Source: Lama guanicoe (Eukaryota). From it: DNA of 64,000 nucleotides. The notes below the pieces were generated by a model, which was given only the letters and a program-made list of their open reading frames with translations, ran no database searches and had not been told where the DNA came from. The stretch is taken from assembly GCA_013239625.1 (NCBI GenBank), contig MU053493.1, positions 62,001 through 126,000 on the forward strand, written 5' to 3'. A program made the translations under genes and the position numbers. This document shows, piece after piece, positions 1 to 11,978 of the stretch; the stretch's first letter is position 1, and each line of letters starts with the position of its first letter.

Positions 1-567
1 TGATCTTTACAATTGGCATCCACACAATTCCTCAGGAATACTGACTCTCAGTACTTGTGGTTTGGGAAAAGGTGGAAGAGACTGATAGATTGTAATTAAA
101 ATGAACACTCAGACTACATCGTGTCCCAATCTTGAGCGAATCCTGAGTATATGTACCATTAAGCAGAGATTAGAGTATCAATACGGCTTACCCTTTTCTA
201 TAATCCACCTACTCTCAAAGAGGAAAAAAGTGGCTGGCGAAATTACACTGTTTCCCTAACTCAAAACTTCCCTCAGATTCTTCCCTTACTGCTGCACCCT
301 ATAATATTTATACATAATATATAAAACAGAGGTCCGGAAAATAGTTACTTCTTCTTTGAAAGCTACAAAATGTTTCTATTGATATGGACAAATTAATGAC
401 ACCTAAAGCAGGTTTTTACAAGATTAGGATATGATCACCTGTTATACTGGTCCACAATGATGCTGCATAAGATAAACACTCTAATAAAATATAGCAAATA
501 TGATAGAACCTTTACCCACTAATAAAGATCCTCCCCTAAAATATGCCCCCCACCCATACTTCTACCA

Positions 568-1005
568 TGTAGACGAAAAATGTTAACAAATAATGTTTCG
601 AGCCTATAGCCACTGCAGCTGCCCCAAACTGTGCACCCTGTGGGGATCAGGATGGAGAAAAGCAGGATACTGGCCCTAGATAGATAAGGTGCAGATCAAA
701 GAAACGGTTTCATGGTAATGAGTTCAGTGAGCTCAGACACTTGCATCTTCTCATACACAGAAAAGCACTAAATTCATTAACTTGAGATGTCTGGCTTTCT
801 TTAATTAACAGTAATCTTTTGACATTTTGACTAACTGGTTTTTGTTACAAAACTTCTATGTATCCTGGCTCCTTCCCTACCTCTTTTGAGTAGTCCCTCA
901 AGAGCTACCCGAGAGGCTGTCTTCCCAGCTTAAGTCCTCAGTTTTGTCTACTAAATAAAACATAATTCTCAACCTTTAGGTAGTACGTGTTTTTTTCAGC
1001 TGACG
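568..1005 (+). mobile_element. Solo LTR, ERV1-like
   Basis: TGT start, AATAAA at ~955 and a ...TTCAGCTGACG end. Clearly homologous to 12282-12719. Confidence 0.7.
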
Positions 1006-1404
1006 ATCACAATCTGTATACTATCTCAAGATATTTCTAGAGATTCTGGGGGAAAAATAGCAATTTTGAAAATTCTCAAGTTACAAAAGACTAAAAGGCG
1101 AAAAATTATAATATAAAAGAAATTAATGGGCAAATTCTTATTATAACAAATTATATAAAATATTCACTCATAAAATATTTCCTTTCAAAGTAATCTCCAA
1201 AATAAAAATGTAATAAAGAATAATGAACTCTGAATAAATAGTCTCACTAGTAATTAAAATGTGCAACTACATGGAAATTTTTCCACATATAAAATGAGCA
1301 AATAACCAAAATAAGACCCAAAATGCTACCTACTCCTTACAACTTTTTAAAGAAGCTTTTGAAGTGAAAAAGTGAAATAAAATGCAAATAAACATTAATA
1401 ACTA

Positions 1405-1753
1405 CATTTGACCCTTGAACAACATGAGTCTGAATTGCATGGGTCTATTTATATATGGATATTTTTCCAGTAAACATATTGGAAACTTTTTTGGAGATTT
1501 GTGACAATTTGAAAAAACAACCTGCAGATGAACCAGAGAGACTAGAAATACGGGAAAAAATTAAGTTATGTATAAAATATATGTAATATATATGTAATAT
1601 AAAAATGTGTTAATTGACTATTGGTTATCAGTGAGGCTTCTGGTCAATACTAGGCTGTTTGCAGTTAAGTCTGGGGGCAGTTAAGTTATTAGGCGTTTTT
1701 TGCCTGTCTGGGGGGTTGGTGCCCCAACACCCTCATTGCTCAAGGGGTAACTG
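1405..1753. mobile_element. Tigger2/MER28-like TcMar DNA transposon
   Basis: Terminal inverted repeats CATTTGACCCTTGAACAAC ... TTGCTCAAGGGGTAACTG, flanked by TA dinucleotides. Confidence 0.75.
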
Positions 1754-2658
1754 TAATATTAGCTTCCAGACTGACTGCTTTTATCGTCATTGCATAAGAA
1801 ATGCAAACAACCTCAATATCCATGAGTAAGCTAATGCTACGTTATATTGCAGCACCCATACTCTGTAATTTGTAAAATGAGGTAGATTTATAAGCACTGA
1901 CATGGAAAGATTCCCTACAGCATATTGTTTCAAAATAAATCTCATGTATGTCAATAAACAAATCACAAATATGCCTTCCCCATCCCATATGGGTGTACAT
2001 GTGAATGCACAGGAAAAGGTCTAAAATGATAGCGATCCAAGTGCCTTAGGATTATCTCTGGGGAGGGAAGGGGAATGGACTAGTGGTATCTTAAAGTACA
2101 TACCTGCTTTTTGAACTCAAAATTAACACAAAATTAAATATGTAAATTAACATCCCTTCAATACACAGAACATTTTGCAAGTACAGAAGTAATTTAGCAA
2201 CAACATAAATAAGAAAGAAATAATTGTAATATAAACATTATTTACTTAATTACATATTATATAATTTATATGTAATTACATGTAATATATATTTGTTTAA
2301 AATATGTATAAAAATACATAAAATAATATGAAAAATAAAATAACTAATTATATGTAACATTTTATATATAGAAAATCATATAAATATGTTGAAAGATGTA
2401 GAGTTTTATGAAGATAACACCCACCTAATACATATGGAAAAAAAGGAAATACATTTATTAAAATTTTAATAAAAGTTGAGTTAACTTAGGACATGGTTAA
2501 GGATGATTATTTGTTTTTTTTTTTGACTTCATCTATAGAATATGCATATGCTTCTTGCATTAATTAAATTCAGGTCAATGCCCTGATCCCAGGATACTTT
2601 GCTCTCATCTGAAAATGGATTCTGCCCTAAAATGGTTCTCAACCCAGACTGTACTCAC

Positions 2659-2754
2659 TCCTGGTTGCTCAGTGAGGCTGTCCTTCTGCGTTTGACTTGG
2701 ACTTCCACCTCTGGTACGTGTTGTTCCGTAGTCCGTCTCAGGTGTAAGCGGTCC
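2659..2754 (-). CDS. SNURF: SNURF-SNRPN exon 2 (96 nt), encoding (R)DRLHLRRTTEQHVPEVEVQVKRRRTASLSNQ(E)
   Basis: Acceptor tcctctttctgcttcag| at 2755 and donor GA|gtgagt at 2658. The translation matches the recalled SNURF protein. The ORF track reports this stretch in other frames. Confidence 0.96.
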
Positions 2755-3663
2755 CTGAAGCAGAAAGAGGATTTGTTTCATAGACTTCATCAATTTATTA
2801 AACAACTACTTATTTAAAGGTTATATTTAGAGCTAGATTTAATATGGAGTTTTTAAAGTGCTCATAAGCTAACTAAAATAATGCCAACTATATCTCAATA
2901 AATCTGAGAATAAACAGTAGAAGTAAAATGTTAGAAGGTTTTTATCCTGAAGTAGTCAGAATCTATCCTAAAACTACTTTTTCCCTTTAGCATCTCCTTG
3001 ACATCAGAAAATTTGGGGGGAAAATACCAAAAAATTAAGCAAAAATGTGTATGTGTGCATACTTACACTCAGATACAGATATAAATCTATACACTTACAG
3101 AGATGTATTTATTTATACACAAACATATTATCAGTATCTACATATCCTTGAAAAAATAGCAATGTTGAGTCTAAAAATAGCTTGAAAAAATCATTATGAT
3201 AGATCCTTTTGTATAGTGGAATAAAGTATAAAACTTAACAAAATGTCTATATAGGCAACCTCTTGTGCAGATGCTTTTCTAGGATTTGCAAAACAAGAAA
3301 CTAAAACAATGTTTAAGAATAATAAAACAGCTACAACCATATTATAATCTTTGGAACAGCTCACAAAATGGCTGCTCAAGGAATGGGAACAGGAAGTCTA
3401 CTTGGGTCATCAAGATTAGAAATGATAGGAATCACTCACAAAACTGAAAATTTAAAATGTCAAACTAGAAAGGAAAGAAAAAACAGTATTCCACATCATA
3501 CAATGTAATGTCTCCAAAAGAGGCAGAGTTCAAAGGACACATCCCAAAAGACAATTCCCTGAACTCTTGCTATTTTAAAATTCATGTTAGATTATGCAAA
3601 GTAATAATCAAAATAGCTTACTGATAACCCTGAATTGTTTTATAGCTTTAAAAACTTAAATGT

Positions 3664-3863
3664 GACTGTTATACATAAAATAGATAAACAAGTTTATACT
3701 GTATAGTACATGGAAATGTATTCAATATCTTGTAGTAGCTAATGTTGAAAAATATGAAAATGCATATATGTATATTCATGTATGACTGAAGCATTATGCT
3801 GGACACCAGAAATTGACACAATATTGTAAACTGACTGTAACTCAATAAAAATATATACAGGAA
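3664..3863 (+). mobile_element. Short young L1 3' end
   Basis: Matches the 3' UTR of other L1 copies here (e.g. 39270-39430). Flanked by AAAAACTT(A/T)AATGT target-site-like repeats. Confidence 0.7.
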
Positions 3864-3929
3864 AAAAACTTTAATGTTCTAATTAAGCAATAGAAAAGAC
3901 CACTAAAAGTCACACACCAGATTTTTAAA

Positions 3930-4600
3930 TGGTAAAAGTACTGTATATACTTTGCTAATCTCCTTGACCTTTGATTAGGCAATGGTTTCTCAGATATGAC
4001 ACCCAAAGTACCTAATAAGGGAAGAATCCATAAATAGGATTTCATCAAAAGTGAAAGTCTTTGCTTCAAAAGGTATTAAGTGAAAGACAATTCACAAAAT
4101 AGGAGAAAACATATGCTAATCATAAAGCTGATAAAAGCCTTGTATCCACAATATCTTAACTCTTACAACTCAATAGTAAATAACAAAACTCAACAAAATG
4201 GGTAAAGGATTTGAACAGATTGCTCTCCAAAGCTACACAATTTCCTCTTAAGCACAAGATGCTACATAAGAGTCATTAGGAAAACACAAATCAAATCACA
4301 AACATACCACTTCACACCACAGGAGTAGGATGTGGAGAAACTGCTAGTAGAAATGTAAAGTGGTACAACCTCTGGCACGTCTTAAAAATGTTAACCACAT
4401 TGTTAACGTGTGACCCAGTATTTCCACTACTAGCTGGAGTGAAATAAAAACACATGAACTTGAGCGTTAATGTTCTTAGCAACATTAACCTTTAGAATCA
4501 AAAAAGCAGAAACAACCTAACGTACAACTGAGGATGGATAAACAAAATATAGCGTGGTATGGTATATTGGTACAATGAATGCCATTCAATTATAAAAGGA
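3930..4600 (+). mobile_element. Old, degraded L1M ORF2 3' fragment
   Basis: Decayed L1 3' motifs (ttaggcaatggtttctcagatatgacacc, gacccagtatttccactact, ggataaacaaaat). Confidence 0.6.
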
Positions 4601-7530
4601 CTGACATACACATGTATTAAACGGTGGTTTCACAAATAAATATATTTACTAACATATTAATACTAATACAATAAAACAGATTATCATGGACCTCTGCTTT
4701 GTCATAGTTCATTCATTATGATGGGTCTAATAGTATAATTCAGCACACCCCATAACCCCCCCCTAAAATAATCTTCTGTCCCTTTATGTAACCTTCATCA
4801 GCTGCTCAGGTCTGACTTCAACTGAGAAAAAAACCAGCATACAAAGATAATTTTTTCTATGTTTGACATCTTTTTTAATTACATGCAAAATCTTCAATAA
4901 GCATCTTTTATTTTAAGTTTGTTCTAAACAAACATGTGCAATTATAATGTCCCTAACTGCATTCCCAAACCATAAACCAGTGTTTCAGAAAATTTAAGCA
5001 TTTAAGGGAAAGTTATTATATGTACACAATTATTAACTTTTTGCTCCAAAATCACTTTCATTAAAAAGTAATTATCTAGAAATACACTAGAAGGCAAGAT
5101 GTGATGACATCACACAGTATTTTTCCTAACTGCCTAATATTCTATCAAATATTTAGGATGCCTTATACCAAATCCAAAAAAAAACTTATTAAAAACTCAA
5201 TTACACCCACCAGTAAGCAAGGTATTTTCAGTTCCATATGAAACCATTTATTCTAAATTGTCAAATCTTTCCCCCTAGTTCTTTGAGATCATCACTACCC
5301 ATGTTTTTCAAGCATATTTTTCTGAAAATAAAATGGTTCTGAATTTTAAAAAAAACCTCAATTACTAAGATCTCAAGAGTGAAAAATAAAAATAAAAACC
5401 ACAAAGATAATGTGAGTTAAACCTGTTTGTAATCTTCCCACAAACATAAGAAAATCAGTGTGTCCAAAAACAAAACCTACAGAATCATCAAAGAGAATTC
5501 TGAGCCAGCCAGTATTCAGGACCTAGAAAAACAAAAGAAATTAACTACCTTGTCCAATCTTTACTAGCGTGAAGGATGTTGCCTTAACCATCAACAACTC
5601 ATGCAAAGCTCCTGGTCATGGGCCACCAAAGTGGAGGGGACAGACGGGACCAGCAATAAAGTTCTAACTTACAACGAAGAAAGATTACAAACCTCACTGT
5701 CCCTGTCAGGGTGGAGGCAGTACTTATACCGTTCTCACTTCAAGGGTTCTTCCTAAAAGCTAAGTAGCAGAGTGCAGTGTCAAAGAGTTAACTTACAGGC
5801 CTTAGCATCTTAAACAAAAAGAAGGGAAAAAGGAGGAATAAAGATGTAACATATCTATATACAGGGGAAATATTTAAGCAATGAAACACTGGTCAGACTA
5901 GAGAAACCAATATAATAGAAAATAAAACTATGAATAAACGCAAACCTGACAGTACCTTGCCTTAGACAGCAACACAACAGTCCTTTGACTAAGTGCCCTT
6001 GCTCTAAACTTCAGGAAGGGCTCCTGTTCCTTCCCCAGTCTCAAAAAGCCTTGGTACTAAGCTAGATATTCATGGGACAGGACAGAGGCCTCCAAACTTG
6101 GGAGGTCTTTCCACAGGGCCTGCCACACTGAGATGCTGAGCCTGAGGGAAGGACCACAAAATGGCGACCAGGACGCTGCAGCTCATCTTGCAAAGGGCCA
6201 AAGGATCAGAAGTTCATGTTTGAAGCAGTATCTTCCTACAAGCAGGAAAAAATGTACAGATCGTAAGTATCACAAAATACCACACTCCTGCTATTTCTCA
6301 AACTACTCGAAAATAAACAATTCCAGAGCAGAGCTTTCCAAGCTCCTGAATTTACATTTTCCTTAATTACATTCCAACTCAGCACACAAGACAGACTGGC
6401 TATGACGGATGGGAAAAAGAAAAAAACTGGCAAGCACATCAAAATTCTGCAAAGAAAAATACTTAAAAATGCTGCCCCCCTATCAAGCTAGTGGAATATA
6501 GAATACAGAAATAGTTACTTTGTTAATTATCCTTTCTCACCAAATATTTACAGCAGCTCCAAATTTTTAAATGATAGATCAAAAAAGCATTAACTTAAAA
6601 TCTGACTAAGGACAAGAATTCACTAATCCCATGTATACCCACAAATCTGTTTCTCTCCTCTGTTCCTCTCCTTAAACACAACTTATAGCCCTCAGTTTCT
6701 AGGAGCCCTAGAGGAGCCCCCAATTCCCCAACTTTAGAGAAATTATTCATAAAGATGGCATCACCAATGGAATATCCAGGGATTAAGAAATACTACACTT
6801 AAAGTTGAGATGCAGCTGTGCAGTTACATAATCTGGAAAACGGAAATCAAAGGTTATATGAAGGGAAGCTGTCTAAAGGGTTACTGAGTCCACTTGAACA
6901 TGGCAAACAATTAAGATTTCTCACAATACAACTTAGGGAGAATCTAAGAAATTAAAAAGCTCCTGGACCACTGACGGAGGCTATCTTAAGCAGCACAGGG
7001 GATCCTGGAATGTCCTCCAGGCCCCCACCTCTCCCTTCTGCATAAGAAAAGCAAGGGCACAGCACAGGTGCCCTGCCATTCCAGGTAGACATAGAGTGAA
7101 CACATCGCCCCCAGTATGAATCTTTGGCCTCACCACATTTCCCACCCCACTGCGGCACTGCGGGGAGGGGTCGAACGCAAGGCCGAGAGGCTGAGCAAAC
7201 CCTTGTCCTTCCTCCTCCCTTCCCGCACCGCAGCCCAGCAGGGGAGGGTCAGTAATTGGGCAAACACGTGAAGAGGGTGGCTGGCAGTCCCACAAAGTGA
7301 AGACTGCAAACGCCCAGCCTCAGCCCCACTGCAGGTTGGAAGTGGTGTCATCTCTGCAGCACCTGCGCGCCCCAAACCCACACCTTCCTGACTGCGGCAC
7401 TAGGGAAGGGGCAGCCGCCCACCCAGGCCTGCCTCCTCCCAGCAGCACTGCGCTCTGGGGAGGGAGGTGCCCATACTCCTGCTAGGCAGAAGCTGCAAGG
7501 CCGCCCCTCCCCCACTGCGGCACTGGGGGA

Positions 7531-7596
7531 GGGGGCGGCCGCCCCCACCCCGCCGCGCCTGCGCAGACTCGCACCTCTGCGGCAGCAGCCATCTTT
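7531..7596. promoter_or_regulatory. Intron 1 conserved activator-like element: Sp1, NRF1, ZFP57 and YY1 motifs
   Basis: GGGGGCGG (7531), CGCGCCTGCGCA (7554-7565), GCGGCA (7579-7584) and GCAGCCATCTTT (7585-7596). A NRF1/YY1/Sp1 enhancer is known in SNRPN intron 1. Confidence 0.7.
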
Positions 7597-8634
7597 GTGG
7601 AGCCGCACAATGGCTGTGACGCGGCCGCCAGACGCCCGTGCGCTCCCGAGTCTGCCTACAAATATCTCATTCCAAACGCAGAGAAAAATCAGTGCCAACA
7701 AGGAACGCCCCTGGACGTCGCATCCCAAAATGCGGCAGGTCTCTCACAAGATGCGTTAAGCAGGCTCAGGACATCACATCCCTAATCTTACACCCAAAGC
7801 CACAAGTGTGAGGGATTATCAAGAAGTTAAATGCGTAACAACCCTATACTCCTGCAGCCATCCCTTCGGCTGGGAGGTTCGCCACAACATGCAGACTCTA
7901 AAACCACTGTTGGTCACGGAATACTGAACGTTCTCCGCTTTCTGCAAAAATGGACGCCCCCCACCTGCCCGTCCCCTCCGCCCCCGCCCCTCCACCTCCT
8001 CCAGCCGAGACCCCCACCCCGTTACGGCCCCCTCTACCATCGCGCTACCTGCTCCCGTCACCGTCATCACGGTCACCCCGCCGCCCCACGTACCACTCAG
8101 GACCCCTGCCAGTCCCCATGCCGCACCTGCGAACCACGCCGCTGCGGTCACCACGGTCACCCGCCTCCCCTCCACTCCGCCATAGTGACCCCCTCCCCCC
8201 AACCACCCCTTCCCACCACAGCCTCACGCGACCGCCTCCGCGCCTGTTGCCCACCCCATGGCTGCGGACACTCCTGTGACCCACCCCGTCTTCCTTCACC
8301 GCCCTACGCACCAGCTACCATGCTGTCCCCTTGCCACCGTGCTCATGGCCTCAGACCCCAGGGACAAAGGGCCACCCAAAAAAGGATCTGATGGGGTACA
8401 CAGAATGGTGCAGACGGACAAATGCGTCACAAAACGCAGACACGATACCATCCGAGGGGAGTCAGCTAAGCCCCAAGCCTCCGAAAGGTGTCCCATCTGG
8501 TCATCCAGACAAAGAACTGGACAGCCCAGACCGCCACCAAATACTACAATACTCCGAGTTCCGCAACCTTCGACTATCAAACAAGCAGAAATGTTCCCCA
8601 CGCTGTCTCTGAGGGAAGACACCGCACCGCTGAC

Positions 8635-8648
8635 CTGGCCCGCTCCAT
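8635..8648 (-). CDS. SNURF: SNURF-SNRPN exon 1, coding part (ATG GAG CGG GCC AG = MERA-R); the exon extends 5' to roughly 8720
   Basis: Minus strand reads ...GGCGCG ATGGAGCGGGCCAG|GTCAGC, with a GT donor at 8634-8633. The upstream GCGCAGAGTGGAGCAGCCATTGGAGATGC resembles the human SNRPN exon 1 5' UTR as I recall it. The splice phase matches exon 2. Confidence 0.95.
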
Positions 8649-8755
8649 CGCGCCGCTGGCCGCTCGTCAGAACAGAACGTCATGCATCTCCAATGGCTGC
8701 TCCACTCTGCGCTGGACTCGCCGCAGCGGCACCAACTAATTGCGGCCGCTGGGCC

Positions 8756-8832
8756 TGCGCATGCGCGGCAATCTACCGCGCCGCCACGCGCGCGCCTCCC
8801 GCCCCCACCCACGCCTTGGCCGCGCATGCGCA
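8756..8832. promoter_or_regulatory. Two NRF1 palindromes in the SNRPN proximal promoter
   Basis: TGCGCATGCGC at 8756-8766 and CGCGCATGCGCA at 8821-8832 (consensus YGCGCAYGCGCR). Confidence 0.8.
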
Positions 8833-9789
8833 TCCTCTTGCCGCAGTGCCGAGGTGATGCCACGATACCGGCGCCCCCGCGCCTCTCCAGACCGGAAAAA
8901 CGGGGGGATGGTATCTAGTGGCCCCAGAGTAGTCAAGGCACTGGGGCTTTGGGATGGGGACTCCAGGGACCACCATCAGCCTGGGGCTAATGGCTCTTAG
9001 TATTCACACTAAATAGTACTTGGTACTTCCCAGGGTAGTGGAAATTGGGTATTTTTTGTTGTTGTTGTTGTTGTTAACTTTAAAAAGTCCTTATTCAGAT
9101 TTCCTGTTTTTTCCTTCAGTGTCCTTTTCCTCCTGCAAGATTGCACACATATTACATCAGTGATCATGTCTCTTTAAAAATCTTCTTGGCTATGGCAATT
9201 TAGATTTTTTTTAAATGTTTACCATGTTTATTTTTTTAGTGATCATTAATTACTTTTAGAATTAAAAAAATAAGTATTAAGATAAAATAACTGTACTTAA
9301 TTCTAAACTCTAATGGACTTGACTGTCAGTTTCTTGACCCATCTTCCACTCTTTTCTAGCCTGCACTTTTTGACAACTCTGTCCACTCTCATAATTTCCT
9401 GGCTGCTCCACAGTATTAAAGAAGCTGGCTTTGGATACCGTAGAAGGTATGATTAAGGCTCCTTGAGACTTACAGACAGTCCACAGACAGCAGCCATTTT
9501 GGCACACTCATCTAAAAGAGACAACATTTTAAATCAGTTTATAAGCCTGATTGAGCATATCCTGCAAATGGGAAGTGAATATACAGAAAGGGAGACTTCA
9601 CCAGGAAACTACGCTGTAGGGACTGTGCTGCTAGAAACTGATGTCTCCCAACCATTCCCTTTTTTCCAAAGTCTAGACTTAACCTCAAGTCAAACACTCA
9701 AGGGCCTAAAGGGCTTTAAATAAGCTTAAAGGACACCAAATCCGGACTAAAACTATTCTGTGTGTAACTGATGCTGCAGAATTTGCAAA

Positions 9790-11240
9790 TAAACTGATCT
9801 GAACTCCTACATCACACCATATACAAAAATCAACTCAAAATGGATCAAAGATCTACATGTAAGAGTTAAAAATGTAAATCTCTTAGGAGAAAACGTGGAT
9901 GTAAACCTGTGTGACTTGCCTTAAGCAATACTTTCTTAGTTATGACACTAAATGCACAAGCAACCAAAAAATAAAAGGATAAATTGGACTTCATCACAAT
10001 TGCTTAAGTTTTTACATCAGATATCACTATTAAGAAAATGAAAAGAGAAGCACCAGAACAGTGAAAAATACTTGTAAATCATATACTATAAAGAAAGTCT
10101 TACTTTTCAACAATAAAAAGACAAAAAAAATTTAAACGGGCAGAGGATTTGAATAGACAATTCACCAAAAAATGGCAGACAAATGGCCAATCAGCACATG
10201 AAAAGATGCCCATCTTTAGTCATTAAGGAAATGCAAATGAATAGCTCAATGAGATGCCACTTCACACCCACTAATCAAAAAGACAATAACAAGAGTTATG
10301 GAGGATATGGAGAAATTGGAGCCTTCCTCCATTGCTTAAAGGAATGCAAAATAGTATAGTGATTTGGGAAAACAGTTTGGGAGTAGCTAAAAATTTAACA
10401 ATAAAGTTACCCTACAACCCCCTACAGTTCTGTTTCTAAAAAGTATGTAACACACAATAAATGAAACCATGCATCTATGCAAAGCAGCATTATCATAACA
10501 GTCAAAAAGTGGAAACAACCCAAATGTCTGTCAACTGATATGCGGATAAACAAAAATCGTGGTATGACATATCTGTACCATGGAGTAGCATTTGGCCTTA
10601 AAAATGAATGAAGTATTGATTCAAGATACAAAATGGACAAACTCTGAAAATATTATGCTACGTGAAAGGCCACATTTTGTATGAGTCCATTTATATGAAT
10701 TGTTCAAAATAGGCAAATCCATAGAGTCAGAAGCTGATTAGTAATTGTCAGGGAATAGGGGAAAGGCAAATGGAGAGTGACTGCTAATGTTTACAGTGTT
10801 TCTTTATAGAATGATGAAATGTTCTGGAATTAGCAGGAATAGTTGTAAAACATTGTGAATATACTAAATAGCACTGATATGTGCAGTTTTTTAAAAGGTA
10901 GATTTTTCTGGTACATGCATTGTTAATCAATTTTTTTAATCCAAATTGAGGGACATCCTATAAAATACCTGACAAATGATCCCCAAAACTGTCAAGTGCA
11001 TCAAAAACAAAGTGAGCAACTTTCTAAGTCTTGTCACAACCAACAAAAGCCTTGAGACAGGAGTATTAAATGTAATATATTATCCTGAACGAGATCCTGG
11101 AACAGAAAAGGGACATTATGGGGAAACTGAGGACATCTGAACAAAGTGTACACTTCTGTTAATAATGTACCAGTATTGGTTCATTAATTGTAACAGATGT
11201 ACCATACTACGTGAGACATTAATAATAGGGGAATGTATGT
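9790..11240 (+). mobile_element. Old L1M ORF2 3' end and 3' UTR fragments
   Basis: catcacaccatatacaaaaatcaactcaaaatggatc..., followed by L1MB/MC-type 3' UTR sequence. Confidence 0.7.
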
Positions 11241-11978
11241 ACGAGGTATGGGTAGTTGAACCCAGATTCAAGCCCAGCGCTCTGCTTCCCATGCCCCTGA
11301 CCTTAACCAATATTGTATCTTTTGATGACTGTCTAGTATGGGCAATGACTCTCTTCATTATAATTTTAATTCCACAGCGTGTGTGTACAAATCCATATGT
11401 ATGAGCCACAACCCAAGCAGAAAGCTGTGTGAAAAGACAAAATGGCAGAAAAGTCCCAAAACTGCTCCTGTAGGCTCCTTACTTAAGGCACTGGGTGGCA
11501 GTCTTTCACTACATGCACAGTTGGTTCAGAAGAAAGCTGAATAGGGTAGAGAAATCATTGCTGTAGGCTCCCTCCCCCGACCCTGGGGCACAGCAGGAGG
11601 GAGATTCTCCTATTAGCAGTCTTCCTAGAAAATCCCAGGGCCAACTCAGGAAGAGGCTGAGCAGGGGAAGAAAGTACCCGCCTCCTCTTGAGAATGGTCA
11701 AACAGGACGGACACAAGCTACAAAAAAGGCACTCCTCCACCCACAGTTTTAGCGCATTCTCTCTATGTCCCCAGGCTTTGGGGCAAGAATAGTCTAGGCT
11801 GTCAGACAACTATACCAAATTCCACCTACAGCCTGTGCATTTTTTTAAATGGTTGGGAGGTAATAAAATGAAAGACTATTTTATGACACAAGAAAATTAT
11901 ATGAAGTTAAAATTGCCATATCCATAAATTAAATATACTTAGAAAACAGCTGACTAGAAAAGCCCAGTTTTTCCCAAC

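Larger units (their letters stand above)
7100..8900. promoter_or_regulatory. SNURF/SNRPN promoter-intron 1 CpG island; orthologue of the Prader-Willi imprinting centre (maternally methylated germline DMR in studied species)
   Basis: CpG-dense, GC-rich stretch covering exon 1 and the start of intron 1. The imprinting role is established in human and mouse; methylation cannot be seen in the sequence. Confidence 0.88.

Noticed and set aside
1..2600. SNURF exon 3 / SNRPN coding exons
   Set aside because: I could not find the expected CQLYPRRSQQQQ...ETPRGG-coding sequence by eye; it presumably lies left of the window.
2599..2817. ORF-track peptides of 72 aa (+) and 66 aa (-)
   Set aside because: Wrong strand or frame over SNURF exon 2; the real frame is set by splicing.
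6952..9000. Many overlapping Pro/Arg/Gly-rich ORFs up to 199 aa
   Set aside because: Expected from stop-poor GC-rich CpG island DNA; no recognisable protein.
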